Source: an uncultured Opitutales bacterium
GTDB lineage: Bacteria > Verrucomicrobiota > Verrucomicrobiia > Opitutales > Seribacteraceae
DNA: 64,000 nt
Assembly (NCBI GenBank): GCA_963924995.1
Contig: CAWUUU010000028.1
Coordinates: forward strand, 197-64,196
Reading direction: 5' to 3'
Part shown: positions 20,375 to 30,615 of the stretch, piece after piece
Layout of the letters: every line of letters begins with the position of its first letter
Numbering within the stretch: the stretch's first letter is position 1
Made by a program: the position numbers and the translations under genes
Notes under the pieces: model-generated
Seen by the model: only the letters and a program-made list of their open reading frames with translations
Database searches by the model: none
What the model was told of the DNA's origin: nothing

Positions 20375-20868
20375 TCTTCGATTCTTATGAGGGTGCAAAC
20401 TGCGAAAGTTGCGATCCCTTCCATTCTTCCAATCGCACCGACTTTTTCGTTGGTGGTGGCTTTCAGTCCAATTCTGTCTTTGGGAACTTTGATTGTTTTC
20501 GATAGTGATAGTTTAATCTGCTCGATATAGCCTAGGAGTTTAGGTTTCTCTGCAATAATAGTGAGGTCGATATTCCCAACTTGATATCCAAGCTTCTCTC
20601 CTTCAGATAATGCTTTATTTAGAATTATCCTAGAATCGAGGTCTTTGTGTTTTTTATCATTATCGGGGAAATAATGTCCAATATCAGGAAGCGCGAGTGC
20701 TCCAAGAATAGCATCGGCAAGAGCGTGGGTTAAGCAGTCGGCATCTGAATGACCAAGTAAGCCCAAATGAAATGGGATTTCTACTCCGCCCAATATTAGT
20801 TTTCTGTCTTTAACTAAGCGATGTAAGTCATATCCATGTCCTATACGAATGGGTAGTGTTTGAGTCAT
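20371..20868 (-). CDS. ispF: MECDP synthase
   Basis: RIGHGYDLH, GHSDADCLTHA and KATTNE. Confidence 0.96.
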   Translation of the reverse strand: MTQTLPIRIGHGYDLHRLVKDRKLILGGVEIPFHLGLLGHSDADCLTHALADAILGALALPDIGHYFPDNDKKHKDLDSRIILNKALSEGEKLGYQVGNIDLTIIAEKPKLLGYIEQIKLSLSKTIKVPKDRIGLKATTNEKVGAIGRMEGIATFAVCTLIRIED

Positions 20869-21587
20869 TTTGAAGATAATAAAAATTTAATATAGGGCAA
20901 ATCAGCCTGCGATGTAATTTTAGGATTTGGGTATTCCGGATGGAGAAGAGACACTTTTTTGTCACCAAGTTCCAAGACTGAAACCTCATCAGTAGTTAAC
21001 AGATTTTTTTCTGAGGCAAATTTCAAACCTTCAATAAGCCAGTCTTTTCTTGCTACTTGCGGAGTTTCCATAATCCAAATTTTTGTGCGATCAATCGATT
21101 TTGTATTATAGGGTTTGTTTTTGTTTTGAGCATTTAAATTTTCAATAATTTTTATTGTGTCATGGAGTGGTCTTGCGATTACCACTGCGCCAGTTTCTGA
21201 GACAATTTTTTCAAGTTGATCGATTGTTTTTGCTTGGATCATTGGCCGTGCACAATCGTGGACATAAACAAACTCACAGGTCGAGGGGCAATTTATTAAA
21301 GCATTGTAAACAGAATCCTTTCTTTCCTTTCCACCTTTCACCAGAATTGGATTAAAGTGCCGTTCTCCGGCGTTATGTGCAATATCGATTTGCTTGTACA
21401 AAGATTCCTTCTGTTTGTTATCACGGTAGACAATTATAGTATTATTAATGTTCTTAGAACCTAGGAATGCTTCGTAGCTTAAACGGAATGCATTTGTATT
21501 ATTGATAGGATCAAGAAGTTTATCCATTCCGGGTGAGTTCATTCTGGAGCCTTTTCCTCCAGCAAGAAGAATAGCACAATGTTTCAT
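20865..21587 (-). CDS. ispD: MEP cytidylyltransferase
   Basis: LAGGKGSRM, GGKERKDSV, VHDCARP, ETPQ and NPKIT; next to ispF. Confidence 0.92.
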   Translation of the reverse strand: MKHCAILLAGGKGSRMNSPGMDKLLDPINNTNAFRLSYEAFLGSKNINNTIIVYRDNKQKESLYKQIDIAHNAGERHFNPILVKGGKERKDSVYNALINCPSTCEFVYVHDCARPMIQAKTIDQLEKIVSETGAVVIARPLHDTIKIIENLNAQNKNKPYNTKSIDRTKIWIMETPQVARKDWLIEGLKFASEKNLLTTDEVSVLELGDKKVSLLHPEYPNPKITSQADLPYIKFLLSSK

Positions 21588-22285
21588 TCTTCTAACTCTA
21601 GTTGGATCGCGGCAAGTGCTTCTTTTGGATTTTCTGCGGCGAGAATCGGCCTACCAATCACAAGGAAGTCTGCACCTGCTTCGGAGGCTTGAAATGGAGT
21701 CATAATTCGTTTTTGATCTCCTTTAGCAAATCCGCTTGGACGAATTCCGGGTGTTACAAAAGTGGTTTCTGTAGAGAGCATTGATTGGAGTCGAATAAGT
21801 TCAAGCGGAGAGCATACAATCCCGTTAATCCCTGAATTGGTGGACATTTTGGCTAATCGATCGACCTGTTGTTGGATCGTATTCTCTACTCCGATTGAGT
21901 GGAGGTTTTCTTGATTCATAGAAGTAAGGACTGTGACCGCAAGTAATTTTGTATGAGGAAGAAAGTCAGTCGCGGTTTCAGCACATTTAGCGAGGGCTTC
22001 AGGACCTGCAGTTGAATGTAGAGTCAGCATTTTGATTGGAAGGCTTGATAGGCTTTCAATCGCCTTTGCCATCGTATTCGGAATGTCATGTAATTTTAAA
22101 TCTAGGAAAATTGATTTTCCACTGGCAGCAACATCATGAATAAACTCTGGTCCGTCTCGTAAGTAAGTCTGTAGTCCAATTTTAACCCATTGGAGCCTTT
22201 CTCCTGTTGCCTCGAGCAAAACTTCTGCTTTTGCCCTACTTTCAACATCTAATGCGAGTATGACTTCGGTTTTAGAATCTTTCAT
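21584..22285 (-). CDS. pyrF: Orotidine-5'-phosphate decarboxylase
   Basis: FLDLKLHDIPNT, VTVLTS, VTPGIR, DQKR and VIGRPI. Confidence 0.96.
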   Translation of the reverse strand: MKDSKTEVILALDVESRAKAEVLLEATGERLQWVKIGLQTYLRDGPEFIHDVAASGKSIFLDLKLHDIPNTMAKAIESLSSLPIKMLTLHSTAGPEALAKCAETATDFLPHTKLLAVTVLTSMNQENLHSIGVENTIQQQVDRLAKMSTNSGINGIVCSPLELIRLQSMLSTETTFVTPGIRPSGFAKGDQKRIMTPFQASEAGADFLVIGRPILAAENPKEALAAIQLELEE

Positions 22286-22388
22286 TAATTGATATCATGC
22301 TTGGTCATTTCATTGAGCCAATCCTATTCTTTCTCATCGCCACTTAAATTTTTATTTGTTAATAAATCTGATAAATTTGATAAATTTG

Positions 22389-23294
22389 ATGAATGCCAAA
22401 AATGCGATAAAGCAAATTTCTCTGCCTGCTCCAGCAAAGATTAATTTATTTCTCGCAGTTACCGGAAAGAGAGATGATGGTTTTCACGAAATTAGTTCGG
22501 TTATTGCGAAGATCGATCTCTGTGATCTGGTCACTCTTGAAAAAACTGAACAAATTGATGAAGTTCAGTGCCTTTGCATTGGGAATAATTCATTGTCCGG
22601 AAAAAACAATCTTGCTTATAAAGCAATCGAGGAATGGCGCAAATTTACGGGAGATCGAACAGGAATGAAAGTGACAATTAAAAAGCGCATTCCTTTAATG
22701 GCAGGACTTGGTGGAGGGAGTAGCGATGCAGTTGCTACACTTCTTGGCCTCAATTTTTATCATGGTCAGCCTTACAGTAACGAGGAACTTTTTATCCTTG
22801 CTGAAAAACTTGGCTCTGATTGTCCTTTTTTTTTATCAGGGGGATTGGGGCATGCAACAGGTCGTGGGGAAAAAGTAAGGTTGATCTCAGACCGAAAAAA
22901 AAATGAATTGAATGGCCAGAGGATCTTTTTATTCCAACCTCCGATAGGTTTTTCAACTCATTTGATCTATCGAAGCTTGGCTGAGTATGGATTATACTCT
23001 GACTCGACAAAGGCGTTGAAATATGTAGAGGACTGGGAGGCTGGACGGCGAAGCCTTTCTAATTTTTGTCACAATGATTTCGAATCGGTCATTCTTACTA
23101 AATTCTTATTTCTCAAGCCACTTTTTGAGGAATTAAAAAATTGCTTTGGATTATCATTTCAAGTGTCCGGTAGTGGTTCTTGCTGTTTTAGCTTTGCATC
23201 CGAGAATATAAACGAGAATGATGTGAAAGATTTGATTGAGAATTCACTTGGTAAAAAGAGCCAGTTTTGGGCATCGCGGATTCGACTGACCTAA
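22389..23294 (+). CDS. ispE: CDP-ME kinase
   Basis: APAKINLFL, KRIPLMAGLGGGSSDA and SGSGS; start taken at ATG 22389. Confidence 0.93.
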   Translation: MNAKNAIKQISLPAPAKINLFLAVTGKRDDGFHEISSVIAKIDLCDLVTLEKTEQIDEVQCLCIGNNSLSGKNNLAYKAIEEWRKFTGDRTGMKVTIKKRIPLMAGLGGGSSDAVATLLGLNFYHGQPYSNEELFILAEKLGSDCPFFLSGGLGHATGRGEKVRLISDRKKNELNGQRIFLFQPPIGFSTHLIYRSLAEYGLYSDSTKALKYVEDWEAGRRSLSNFCHNDFESVILTKFLFLKPLFEELKNCFGLSFQVSGSGSCCFSFASENINENDVKDLIENSLGKKSQFWASRIRLT

Positions 23295-23375
23295 GATCAA
23301 GGTTTTTGTTTCCAATCTTATTGAAACTCAGTCATAATGATCCTCTTTAAAGTTATTTAAGAAATATTTATTTTT

Positions 23376-25136
23376 ATGTCTGAACTAAATAAGGAAATCG
23401 TTCTTTATGGAATTCCTGGTTCTCCAGGAGTTTCGCATGGGCCGGTATTTCGGTTTTTACATGGAGATGTGGAAGTCCCTCAGTATCAAGTTAGTGAATT
23501 AGAGCAAGCCTCCGAACTCGACCGTTTTAAAGATGCTCTAGTTATTACTCGTACTCAGATTGAGGAAATCAGAAAAGAAGTCGCGAAAAATTTAGGAGAG
23601 AAAGAAGCGGGTATTTTTGATGCCCATCTTCTGGTGCTCGAAGATAAAGCTCTTTTCGATGATATCGATAAAGAGATCAAGAAAACCGGTGATAATATCG
23701 AACAATGCGTTTATCGCGTGACTCAACGATACCATGATTATTTTAATCAACTTGAAGACGAATATCTGCGCGAACGAGCTGCGGATTTAAAAGATATTTC
23801 AAAAAGACTGCTGAGGAATCTGATTGGTGAGACCGCGGCAGGAACGGCTTTTCTAGGTGAACCACGAATTCTAGTGTCGGAAGATTTAAGTCCATCGGAC
23901 ACGGCTTCTCTAGATCGGGCTAAGATTTTGGGAATTGCCACTGATACTGGAGGTCGTACGAGTCATGCAGTAATAATGGCACGGGCCAGCGGGGTTCCTG
24001 CGGTTGTTGGTTTAAGAGGGTTAACCGAAAAGCTCGCGGAAGGGAACACTTTGTTAATCGATGGTTTTGAAGGGGTCGCGATTATAAATCCCACCGAAAC
24101 CACCCTTTTTCGTTATGGCAAGGTGAGTCTGCAGAGAAATAAGATTAAGGATTTATTGTCTGAGGAAGCTTCTTTACCTGCTGAAACAAATGATGGTTTA
24201 AAGATTAGGTTTCTAGCCAACGCGGATTCACCAGAAGAAGTAAAAAGCGGAATTGAGAACGGTTGTGAAGGAGTGGGTCTTTTCCGCACGGAATCAATCT
24301 TTTTAAGGAGAAATCAAATTCCAAGTGAAGATCAACAATTTGAGGAATATAAAAAACTCATCTTTGCCGCTGATGGAAAACCTGTGACTATTCGCACACT
24401 CGACTTGGGTGGGGATAAAATTTTAGATTCAATTGGTCGTGATAAAGAAGAAAATCCATTTATGGGATTTCGGGCTATCCGTTACTGCCTACGTAATCCG
24501 GCGATCTTTTTGGATCAATTACGTGCGATTTTACGTGTGAGTTCTTTGGGACCAGTGAAAATAATGTTTCCGATGATTAGTGGGGTAGGTGAACTTGTAC
24601 GTGCGAAAGAATTTCTATTTACTGCTAAAAGGCAATTGAGAGAAAAGGGAATCAACTTTGACGATGAGATAAAGGTGGGCTGTATGATAGAAACCCCATC
24701 TGCAGTTACCATCTGTGACATGCTTGCAGATGAAGTTGATTTCTTTAGTGTGGGAACAAATGACTTAGTTCAGTATTTACTTGCAGTGGACCGGATTAAT
24801 AATCAAATCGCATACCTTTACGAACCACATCACCCTGCAGTCATTCGTTCCTTAAAGCATATTTTTGATGTTTCAAAAGAAAAAAAAATAGAGGTCACTC
24901 TTTGTGGAGAAATTGCAGGTGATCCACACTTCTTACCCCTGTTGATTGGTTTAGGTTTAAATATATTAAGTGCAACTGGAACCCTGTTGCCTGAACTCAA
25001 GTTCTTTGGTCGTAGGTTTTCATCCCAAGAAGCACAAAATTTAATGAAACAAATCGAACCAATGAAAAGACCGTCCGAGATTAAGCAGTGCTTAAAATCT
25101 TTTTATGATGAACATGCCTCAGATTTGATTAAATAA
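23376..25136 (+). CDS. ptsI: PTS enzyme I
   Basis: GGRTSHAVI (phospho-His), GLFRTE, ENPFMGFRAIR, MIETP and GTNDL. Confidence 0.95.
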   Translation: MSELNKEIVLYGIPGSPGVSHGPVFRFLHGDVEVPQYQVSELEQASELDRFKDALVITRTQIEEIRKEVAKNLGEKEAGIFDAHLLVLEDKALFDDIDKEIKKTGDNIEQCVYRVTQRYHDYFNQLEDEYLRERAADLKDISKRLLRNLIGETAAGTAFLGEPRILVSEDLSPSDTASLDRAKILGIATDTGGRTSHAVIMARASGVPAVVGLRGLTEKLAEGNTLLIDGFEGVAIINPTETTLFRYGKVSLQRNKIKDLLSEEASLPAETNDGLKIRFLANADSPEEVKSGIENGCEGVGLFRTESIFLRRNQIPSEDQQFEEYKKLIFAADGKPVTIRTLDLGGDKILDSIGRDKEENPFMGFRAIRYCLRNPAIFLDQLRAILRVSSLGPVKIMFPMISGVGELVRAKEFLFTAKRQLREKGINFDDEIKVGCMIETPSAVTICDMLADEVDFFSVGTNDLVQYLLAVDRINNQIAYLYEPHHPAVIRSLKHIFDVSKEKKIEVTLCGEIAGDPHFLPLLIGLGLNILSATGTLLPELKFFGRRFSSQEAQNLMKQIEPMKRPSEIKQCLKSFYDEHASDLIK

Positions 25137-25141
25137 AAAAA

Positions 25142-25441
25142 TTACTCATCTTGAAATTTTGAAGCGAAAAGCTCCGTCATTTCCTTCTGAAAATCTGCTC
25201 CCTGAACTGAATTAGCAAAAAAGGTAAGGGAGGTGCCTTTTGCCGCGGCTAACATCATGATGCCCATAATGCTTTTAGCGTTAACCTTTTCCCCTTCTTT
25301 TTCAACCCAGATATCTCCGGCAAAACGAGACGCAATCCTGACGATCATGGCCGCAGGGCGAGCGTGAACACCCATCTTGCTCGAAACCACTAGGGTAAAA
25401 GAGATGTTATCTTCCGCACTATTTTCCTCCGAGTCGCTCAT
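25142..25441 (-). CDS. ptsH: Phosphocarrier HPr
   Basis: GVHARPAA (His15) and NAKSIMGIMML (Ser46). Confidence 0.95.
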   Translation of the reverse strand: MSDSEENSAEDNISFTLVVSSKMGVHARPAAMIVRIASRFAGDIWVEKEGEKVNAKSIMGIMMLAAAKGTSLTFFANSVQGADFQKEMTELFASKFQDE

Positions 25442-25468
25442 TTAATTGTAAATTAGAAGAGGAAATTA

Positions 25469-25963
25469 TCAAAAAGACAAAGAAAAAGTTTTCAGAAGAT
25501 AAAGCAGGCAGGCTGAAAGCAGCGCCGCAGCTAAGTCATCAATCATCACGCCAAGCCCCTTAGGTAGACGTTGAAGGCTTCGTATTCCCATGGGTTTTCT
25601 GATGTCAAAAATGCGAAAAAGTATAAAACCCATAATTAAAAAGAATAAAGTTTTGTTAAAAGAAAAGGAGTTTTTAAATTCTTCCAAGCAAAAGATAAAG
25701 ACCAATGGAATTGCAGTAAATTCGTCCCAAATCACTTCCGGTGGATCTTCTTTGCCCAACAGTATTTCAGCACGCGTACACAAGGGTATTCCCAAAATAA
25801 ACAGTGTTGAAAACAGAACCATTATACCAATGGGTGGAATGGGTGTGAACCAAAAGAGAAAAGAGAAAGCAAATAGCCCGACAAGGGAACCAAAAGTGCC
25901 GGGCGCAGGTAAACGAGTACCCACTGGACCGAGGGTTGATAAGGTCTTAATCAAAAAATCCAT
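25469..25963 (-). CDS. pgpA: Phosphatidylglycerophosphatase A
   Basis: APGTFGS, DPPEVIWDE, FRIFDIRKP and GVMIDD; ATG overlaps the pgsA stop. Confidence 0.93.
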   Translation of the reverse strand: MDFLIKTLSTLGPVGTRLPAPGTFGSLVGLFAFSFLFWFTPIPPIGIMVLFSTLFILGIPLCTRAEILLGKEDPPEVIWDEFTAIPLVFIFCLEEFKNSFSFNKTLFFLIMGFILFRIFDIRKPMGIRSLQRLPKGLGVMIDDLAAALLSACLLYLLKTFSLSF

Positions 25964-26574
25964 CAAGTATCTTCTTCGATAAAGAATCTCCAATACTTGG
26001 ACAGGTAGATAATTCCAGAGAGTACTGTGATAATGGTTGCGGCAATCAATGTTATTTGCCCCGATAAAAGAAGGAAACTAATAAGGTTTTCTTGAAGTTC
26101 TGGTGAAAAAATTCCGGTAAAATCATCTTCGACTGCAATTTTCCCAAGGAACAAACAAATACAGGTGAGTTGAATTACGGTTTTTAATTTACCAATTTTT
26201 TCGGCAGCAAGAGTTTTTCCACGTCCAGCTGCGACTAATCTTAATCCAGTAATAAGAAATTCACGCGATAAAATAAGTAAAATGGGAAAAAGTGCCCAGC
26301 GAGCAATTTCATCCAAAACTAATAAGCCAATAAACATACCAAGCGTTAAAACTTTGTCTGAAAGTGCATCCATGAATTTTCCAAACTCTGAAACTTGTCC
26401 AAATTTCCGAGCCAACCACCCATCCAGCCAATCTGTAAGAGCGGCAAATAGAAAAACGACGAGCGCCCCAGTTCGTAGCCAAGGCATAGAGGTTTCAGAT
26501 GTCGGGTAAAGTAATGCAATAACAACAAGCATTAATGGTATCCGTGAGAGTGTAAGCAGATTAGGCAGATTCAT
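25963..26574 (-). CDS. pgsA: CDP-diacylglycerol--glycerol-3-phosphate 3-phosphatidyltransferase
   Basis: NLPNLLTLSR and the DWLDGWLAR...FGKFMDALSDK CDP-alcohol phosphotransferase motif. Confidence 0.94.
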   Translation of the reverse strand: MNLPNLLTLSRIPLMLVVIALLYPTSETSMPWLRTGALVVFLFAALTDWLDGWLARKFGQVSEFGKFMDALSDKVLTLGMFIGLLVLDEIARWALFPILLILSREFLITGLRLVAAGRGKTLAAEKIGKLKTVIQLTCICLFLGKIAVEDDFTGIFSPELQENLISFLLLSGQITLIAATIITVLSGIIYLSKYWRFFIEEDT

Positions 26575-26678
26575 CTAATTAAATGCAATAATTACATGGA
26601 TTTAATTGATTTGCAATCTCAAGGGTGTCCTTGGTTGTGGACTTGTTTAGATTCTTCGCTATTATAAAGTACTTTTTT

Positions 26679-27182
26679 ATGAGCGTTGCTATATACCCAG
26701 GTACTTTTGATCCAGTAACAAATGGACACTTAGATGTTTTAGAAAGAGCATCTAAGATTTTCAGCCAGGTAATCGTAGCTGTTTCTGCTGATAATTCGGA
26801 TAAGAAAACTGCATTTGATTGTAATGCCCGAGTAAAACTTTTGCTTGAAAATATTAATGAATATAAAAATGTACAAGTTGACTCGTTCCACGGTTTACTT
26901 GTTGATTATGCGAAAGATAGGGGAGCTAGTGTTGTGGTAAGGGGGTTAAGGGCAGTATCAGATTTTGAATACGAATTTCAAATGGCTCAAATGAATAGAC
27001 ATTTAGATTCTGAACTTGAGACTATTTTCTTAATGCCGAATGAAAAATATTTTTATACGAGTTCCAGTTTGATAAAACAGGTACACCTTTTTGGAAATCG
27101 TGAGACGAAATTAGTTCCCGACAATGTATCGATCGCATTACGAAAGCTTTCCCTTGAAAACCAAAATAGGGAGGGAGCCTAA
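26679..27182 (+). CDS. coaD: Phosphopantetheine adenylyltransferase
   Basis: [12 protein letters not shown] and [12 protein letters not shown]; start at ATG 26679. Confidence 0.96.
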   Translation: MSVAIYPGTFDPVTNGHLDVLERASKIFSQVIVAVSADNSDKKTAFDCNARVKLLLENINEYKNVQVDSFHGLLVDYAKDRGASVVVRGLRAVSDFEYEFQMAQMNRHLDSELETIFLMPNEKYFYTSSSLIKQVHLFGNRETKLVPDNVSIALRKLSLENQNREGA

Positions 27183-27183
27183 A

Positions 27184-28521
27184 ATGAGCGAATCAGAGAA
27201 AGCAGTTGCCAAAAGAAAGCGGGCGACCTTTGGTGTGGTTTTCCTTACCATCTTTTTGGATATGGTCGGGTTCTCAGTAATCTTTCCACTTTTTCCCGCA
27301 ATGCTTGATCATTATTTAGATCGGGAAAGTTTATTGGGTGGTGGGCTGTTAACTGATTTTGTACGTTCGCTTCAAGGACTTGCATTTGAAGGTGATAGTC
27401 AAAATAAGGATTTCCGTTTTGAAACTGTTATTTTTGGAGGTGCATTGGGTTCATTGTATGCGATATTACAATTCTTTTTTGCTCCGATCTGGGGAAGATT
27501 GTCAGATAAAATTGGAAGACGACCAGTTCTTATGTTTACATTGGCTGGAACCTGCTTGGGCTATGGATTATGGATTTTTGCGGGCAGTTTCTGGATTTTA
27601 GTTCTTTCGCGGATTCTTGGAGGGGTCGCCAGCGGAAATCTTTCTGTGGCCACTGCATCAATTGCCGATGTAACCTCAAGGGAGTCACGTTCCAAAGGAA
27701 TGGCATTTGTCGGGGTTGCCTTTGGATTAGGTTTTATAATCGGCCCAGCATTAGGAGGATTTGCATCCCAATGGTCTTGGGGAAATGGAGAAAACTTGGT
27801 TTTTGGATTGAATCCATTTTCATTGGCAGCACTGATCAGTTTTTGCTTAGCATTAATTAATTGGTTCTGGCTAGCTTTTTCATTTAAGGAAACCTTACCT
27901 GAGGAAAAAAGAGGGAAGGGCGATGAGCCTAAGCCTGCTATATTCCAATTACGTAAGATAAAAAGCGTTGCGGTGACTAATACCTGTCTCGCTTATCTTT
28001 TCTACATGATTTCGTTTTCTGGAATGGAATTTACGCTCACCTTCTTGGCCGTAGAAAGGTTTTCTTATAACCCTATTCAAATCGCTAAAATGTTTCTTCT
28101 TATTGGAATAACTTTAATCTTTGCACAAGGATTTTTTGTAAGAAGATTTGTGGGGACAATTGGTGAAAAACGTATGGCTTTACTTGGGATTTTTATTGGG
28201 CTTTTTGCCTTTGCGATGCTCTCGAGTATTCAGGGGGAAATATGGTTTTTCGTTGCTTTGTTTTTGATGTCGACAGGCGTGGCTTTTATTAGCCCTACAT
28301 TAACCTCACTAACTTCTCTTTATTCAAGTGAGCAGGATCAGGGGTTTCATTTAGGAGTTTTTCGCTCATCTGGGTCTATGGCACGAGCAGTTGGGCCATT
28401 AATTGCCGGTTTGATTTATTTTAAATATGGTTCTTCTGTTGCGTATTTAGCTGGAGCGTTGTTTTTACTGGTTCCCGCATTGTTTTTGTTTCGGGTTCCT
28501 CAACCAATAACAAAACAATAA
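27184..28521 (+). CDS. MFS transporter (TetA/DHA1-like)
   Basis: About 12 TM; motif A WGRLSDKIGRRP and motif C GFIIGPALGG. Confidence 0.9.
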   Translation: MSESEKAVAKRKRATFGVVFLTIFLDMVGFSVIFPLFPAMLDHYLDRESLLGGGLLTDFVRSLQGLAFEGDSQNKDFRFETVIFGGALGSLYAILQFFFAPIWGRLSDKIGRRPVLMFTLAGTCLGYGLWIFAGSFWILVLSRILGGVASGNLSVATASIADVTSRESRSKGMAFVGVAFGLGFIIGPALGGFASQWSWGNGENLVFGLNPFSLAALISFCLALINWFWLAFSFKETLPEEKRGKGDEPKPAIFQLRKIKSVAVTNTCLAYLFYMISFSGMEFTLTFLAVERFSYNPIQIAKMFLLIGITLIFAQGFFVRRFVGTIGEKRMALLGIFIGLFAFAMLSSIQGEIWFFVALFLMSTGVAFISPTLTSLTSLYSSEQDQGFHLGVFRSSGSMARAVGPLIAGLIYFKYGSSVAYLAGALFLLVPALFLFRVPQPITKQ

Positions 28522-28637
28522 GAAATCGTTTAGGATTAAATACCTTTTATCTCGCCATCACCTCTGTTTCACTTATAGTAATCTCTGTTTTCCATTAGTA
28601 AATTACTGCCAGTTTATACCTTACACTTCGAACTTGA

Positions 28638-30521
28638 ATGAATGTTGAAATTATCGATCAATTGATTGAACAAGATCCTTCCTTAGAATCTTCACGCCCA
28701 GCCCTTGAGGCTATGAACGAAGGTGCTAGTTGCATTCACAGGAGTTGGGGGCTCGGTAAAGTAACAGGTTTTGACACCGATCGTGGAATGTTACTGATTG
28801 ATTTTGAAGATGACGAACGGAAAAGCCATGCGATGGACCCCGTTTTCTGTCTTGGTAAAATCGAATTTCTTGAGGTTGATCACATTATTTCTCGCCATCG
28901 ATTGAATCCTGAAGAAATCGATACAATGGCCAAGAAAGAGCCCGTTAATTTAATTATCGAGATTCTTACTAAATTCGAGGATGGCTGTGCAGCAAATCGC
29001 GATATTGAAAGGATTTTGGGCTTGTTATTTGGTCCAGCCAAAGCGAAGAAATGGTGGACTGCCACCAAAAAACTTCTAGTGAAAGACGCTCGTGTTGCTG
29101 TACCCAACAAGAAAACAGAACCTTACGTTCTTAGAGATGAACCTGTGAAGCCTGAACAGGAAATCCTGCAAGACTTTTTTGATGAGAAAAGATCAAAGGT
29201 GAAAATTGCTCTTGCCGAGAAATTGTTCGACTTAGCTTCAGAAAAAGAGGACCTACAAGCAGATTTACCTCAGGTCTTAGAAGATTTAACTAATGCAATT
29301 TTGGAAGCCCGAAATCTTAGTGAAGCGGACAGATTGTATGGTATCTGGGTTAGAAACAATTTGGCCCGCGATGTTGAAGAGGATGTTGAGAAATTGGAAC
29401 CCACTTCTGCCTCTATTCTACATGAGTGTGAAGCTGACCTGCCTCGTTTAGCTAATTTATTACCAACTAAATTCCATTCACGTTTTCTAGACCTTGTTAC
29501 TCGGGTTTATCCTGATAATTGGAAGGATGTAGTGGCTAATTTACTTCAAAATACATCGGTTAAGTTTTCAGGGGAGTGTGCTCATTTTCTTATCGATCGT
29601 GACGAATCTAAACTTCTTATCAAATCCTTAAATAATTGGTTGAACGAACAAACCTTAAAAGCACCTGTATTGCTTTGGATTTTGAAATTTCGCGAATTGG
29701 TTAAATTTAAAGACCTGCTCAAGGATTTAATAAATCCAAAGCTTTTAACTGCAGTCTTTTCTGCAATTGATTATGAATCTTTACAAAATGCAACTACTCG
29801 ACGAATTCCATTAGCAGAAATTTTATCTGATGATAGAAAGTTACTTCCTGATATACTTGATAAGGGTAGTGCTGAAAATGCTCAGGATTTAGCTCAAGCT
29901 TTATTGTTAAACCCAGGATTTGAGGATTTAAGCAAACGCTCCTTACTTGCCCGCTTTATCAAGAAATTTCCTGCAATCCAAGATCTTTTGGATGGTGGAG
30001 CAAATTCTAATTCCTCCGATAGTCAAATAGTTACTGATGATTCTTTAATTGTTTCTCAACCAAGTTATGATAGAAAATTAGTTGATCTTGACGAACTTAC
30101 AAAAACAAAAATTCCAGAAAATTCATTGGCAATTGAAAAAGCACGCGAACATGGTGATCTGCGTGAAAACGCTGAGTATCACATGGCTAAAGATGAGCAA
30201 AAAGTTCTTCTTGCCAGGCAGTCAGAACTCCAAACTGATATCATGCGTGCAAAACCCACTGATTTTTCTGATGCCCCTGCTGATTCAATTGGTATAGGCT
30301 CGATTGTTGAATTGGTCGATCAATCTAACTCTAAGGCCCAAACCTATACGGTACTTGGCGCATGGGATAGCGACCCGGATAACAATGTGCTATCCTACTT
30401 AACCCCTTTAGGCCAAATGCTTCTCGGAAAGAAAATCGATGATGTAGTTGAGACTGATGTGGCAGGAAATGTTCAAACATGGAAGGTTACAGGATTATCC
30501 CGTTGGTTGGATAAGAAATAA
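28638..30521 (+). CDS. greA: Long PVC-type GreA transcription elongation factor with a large N-terminal extension
   Basis: C-terminal AREHGDLRENAEYHMAK and SYLTPLGQMLLG; about 470-aa N-terminal extension. Confidence 0.85.
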   Translation: MNVEIIDQLIEQDPSLESSRPALEAMNEGASCIHRSWGLGKVTGFDTDRGMLLIDFEDDERKSHAMDPVFCLGKIEFLEVDHIISRHRLNPEEIDTMAKKEPVNLIIEILTKFEDGCAANRDIERILGLLFGPAKAKKWWTATKKLLVKDARVAVPNKKTEPYVLRDEPVKPEQEILQDFFDEKRSKVKIALAEKLFDLASEKEDLQADLPQVLEDLTNAILEARNLSEADRLYGIWVRNNLARDVEEDVEKLEPTSASILHECEADLPRLANLLPTKFHSRFLDLVTRVYPDNWKDVVANLLQNTSVKFSGECAHFLIDRDESKLLIKSLNNWLNEQTLKAPVLLWILKFRELVKFKDLLKDLINPKLLTAVFSAIDYESLQNATTRRIPLAEILSDDRKLLPDILDKGSAENAQDLAQALLLNPGFEDLSKRSLLARFIKKFPAIQDLLDGGANSNSSDSQIVTDDSLIVSQPSYDRKLVDLDELTKTKIPENSLAIEKAREHGDLRENAEYHMAKDEQKVLLARQSELQTDIMRAKPTDFSDAPADSIGIGSIVELVDQSNSKAQTYTVLGAWDSDPDNNVLSYLTPLGQMLLGKKIDDVVETDVAGNVQTWKVTGLSRWLDKK

Positions 30522-30615
30522 ACTTTCTTTTATTGATCGTGGTTTTATTGCTTAAAAGAACCATTCAATAAACAGGTTTGATCTACACCTCCTCTTTAGT
30601 AATTTTCAGAAGAGT

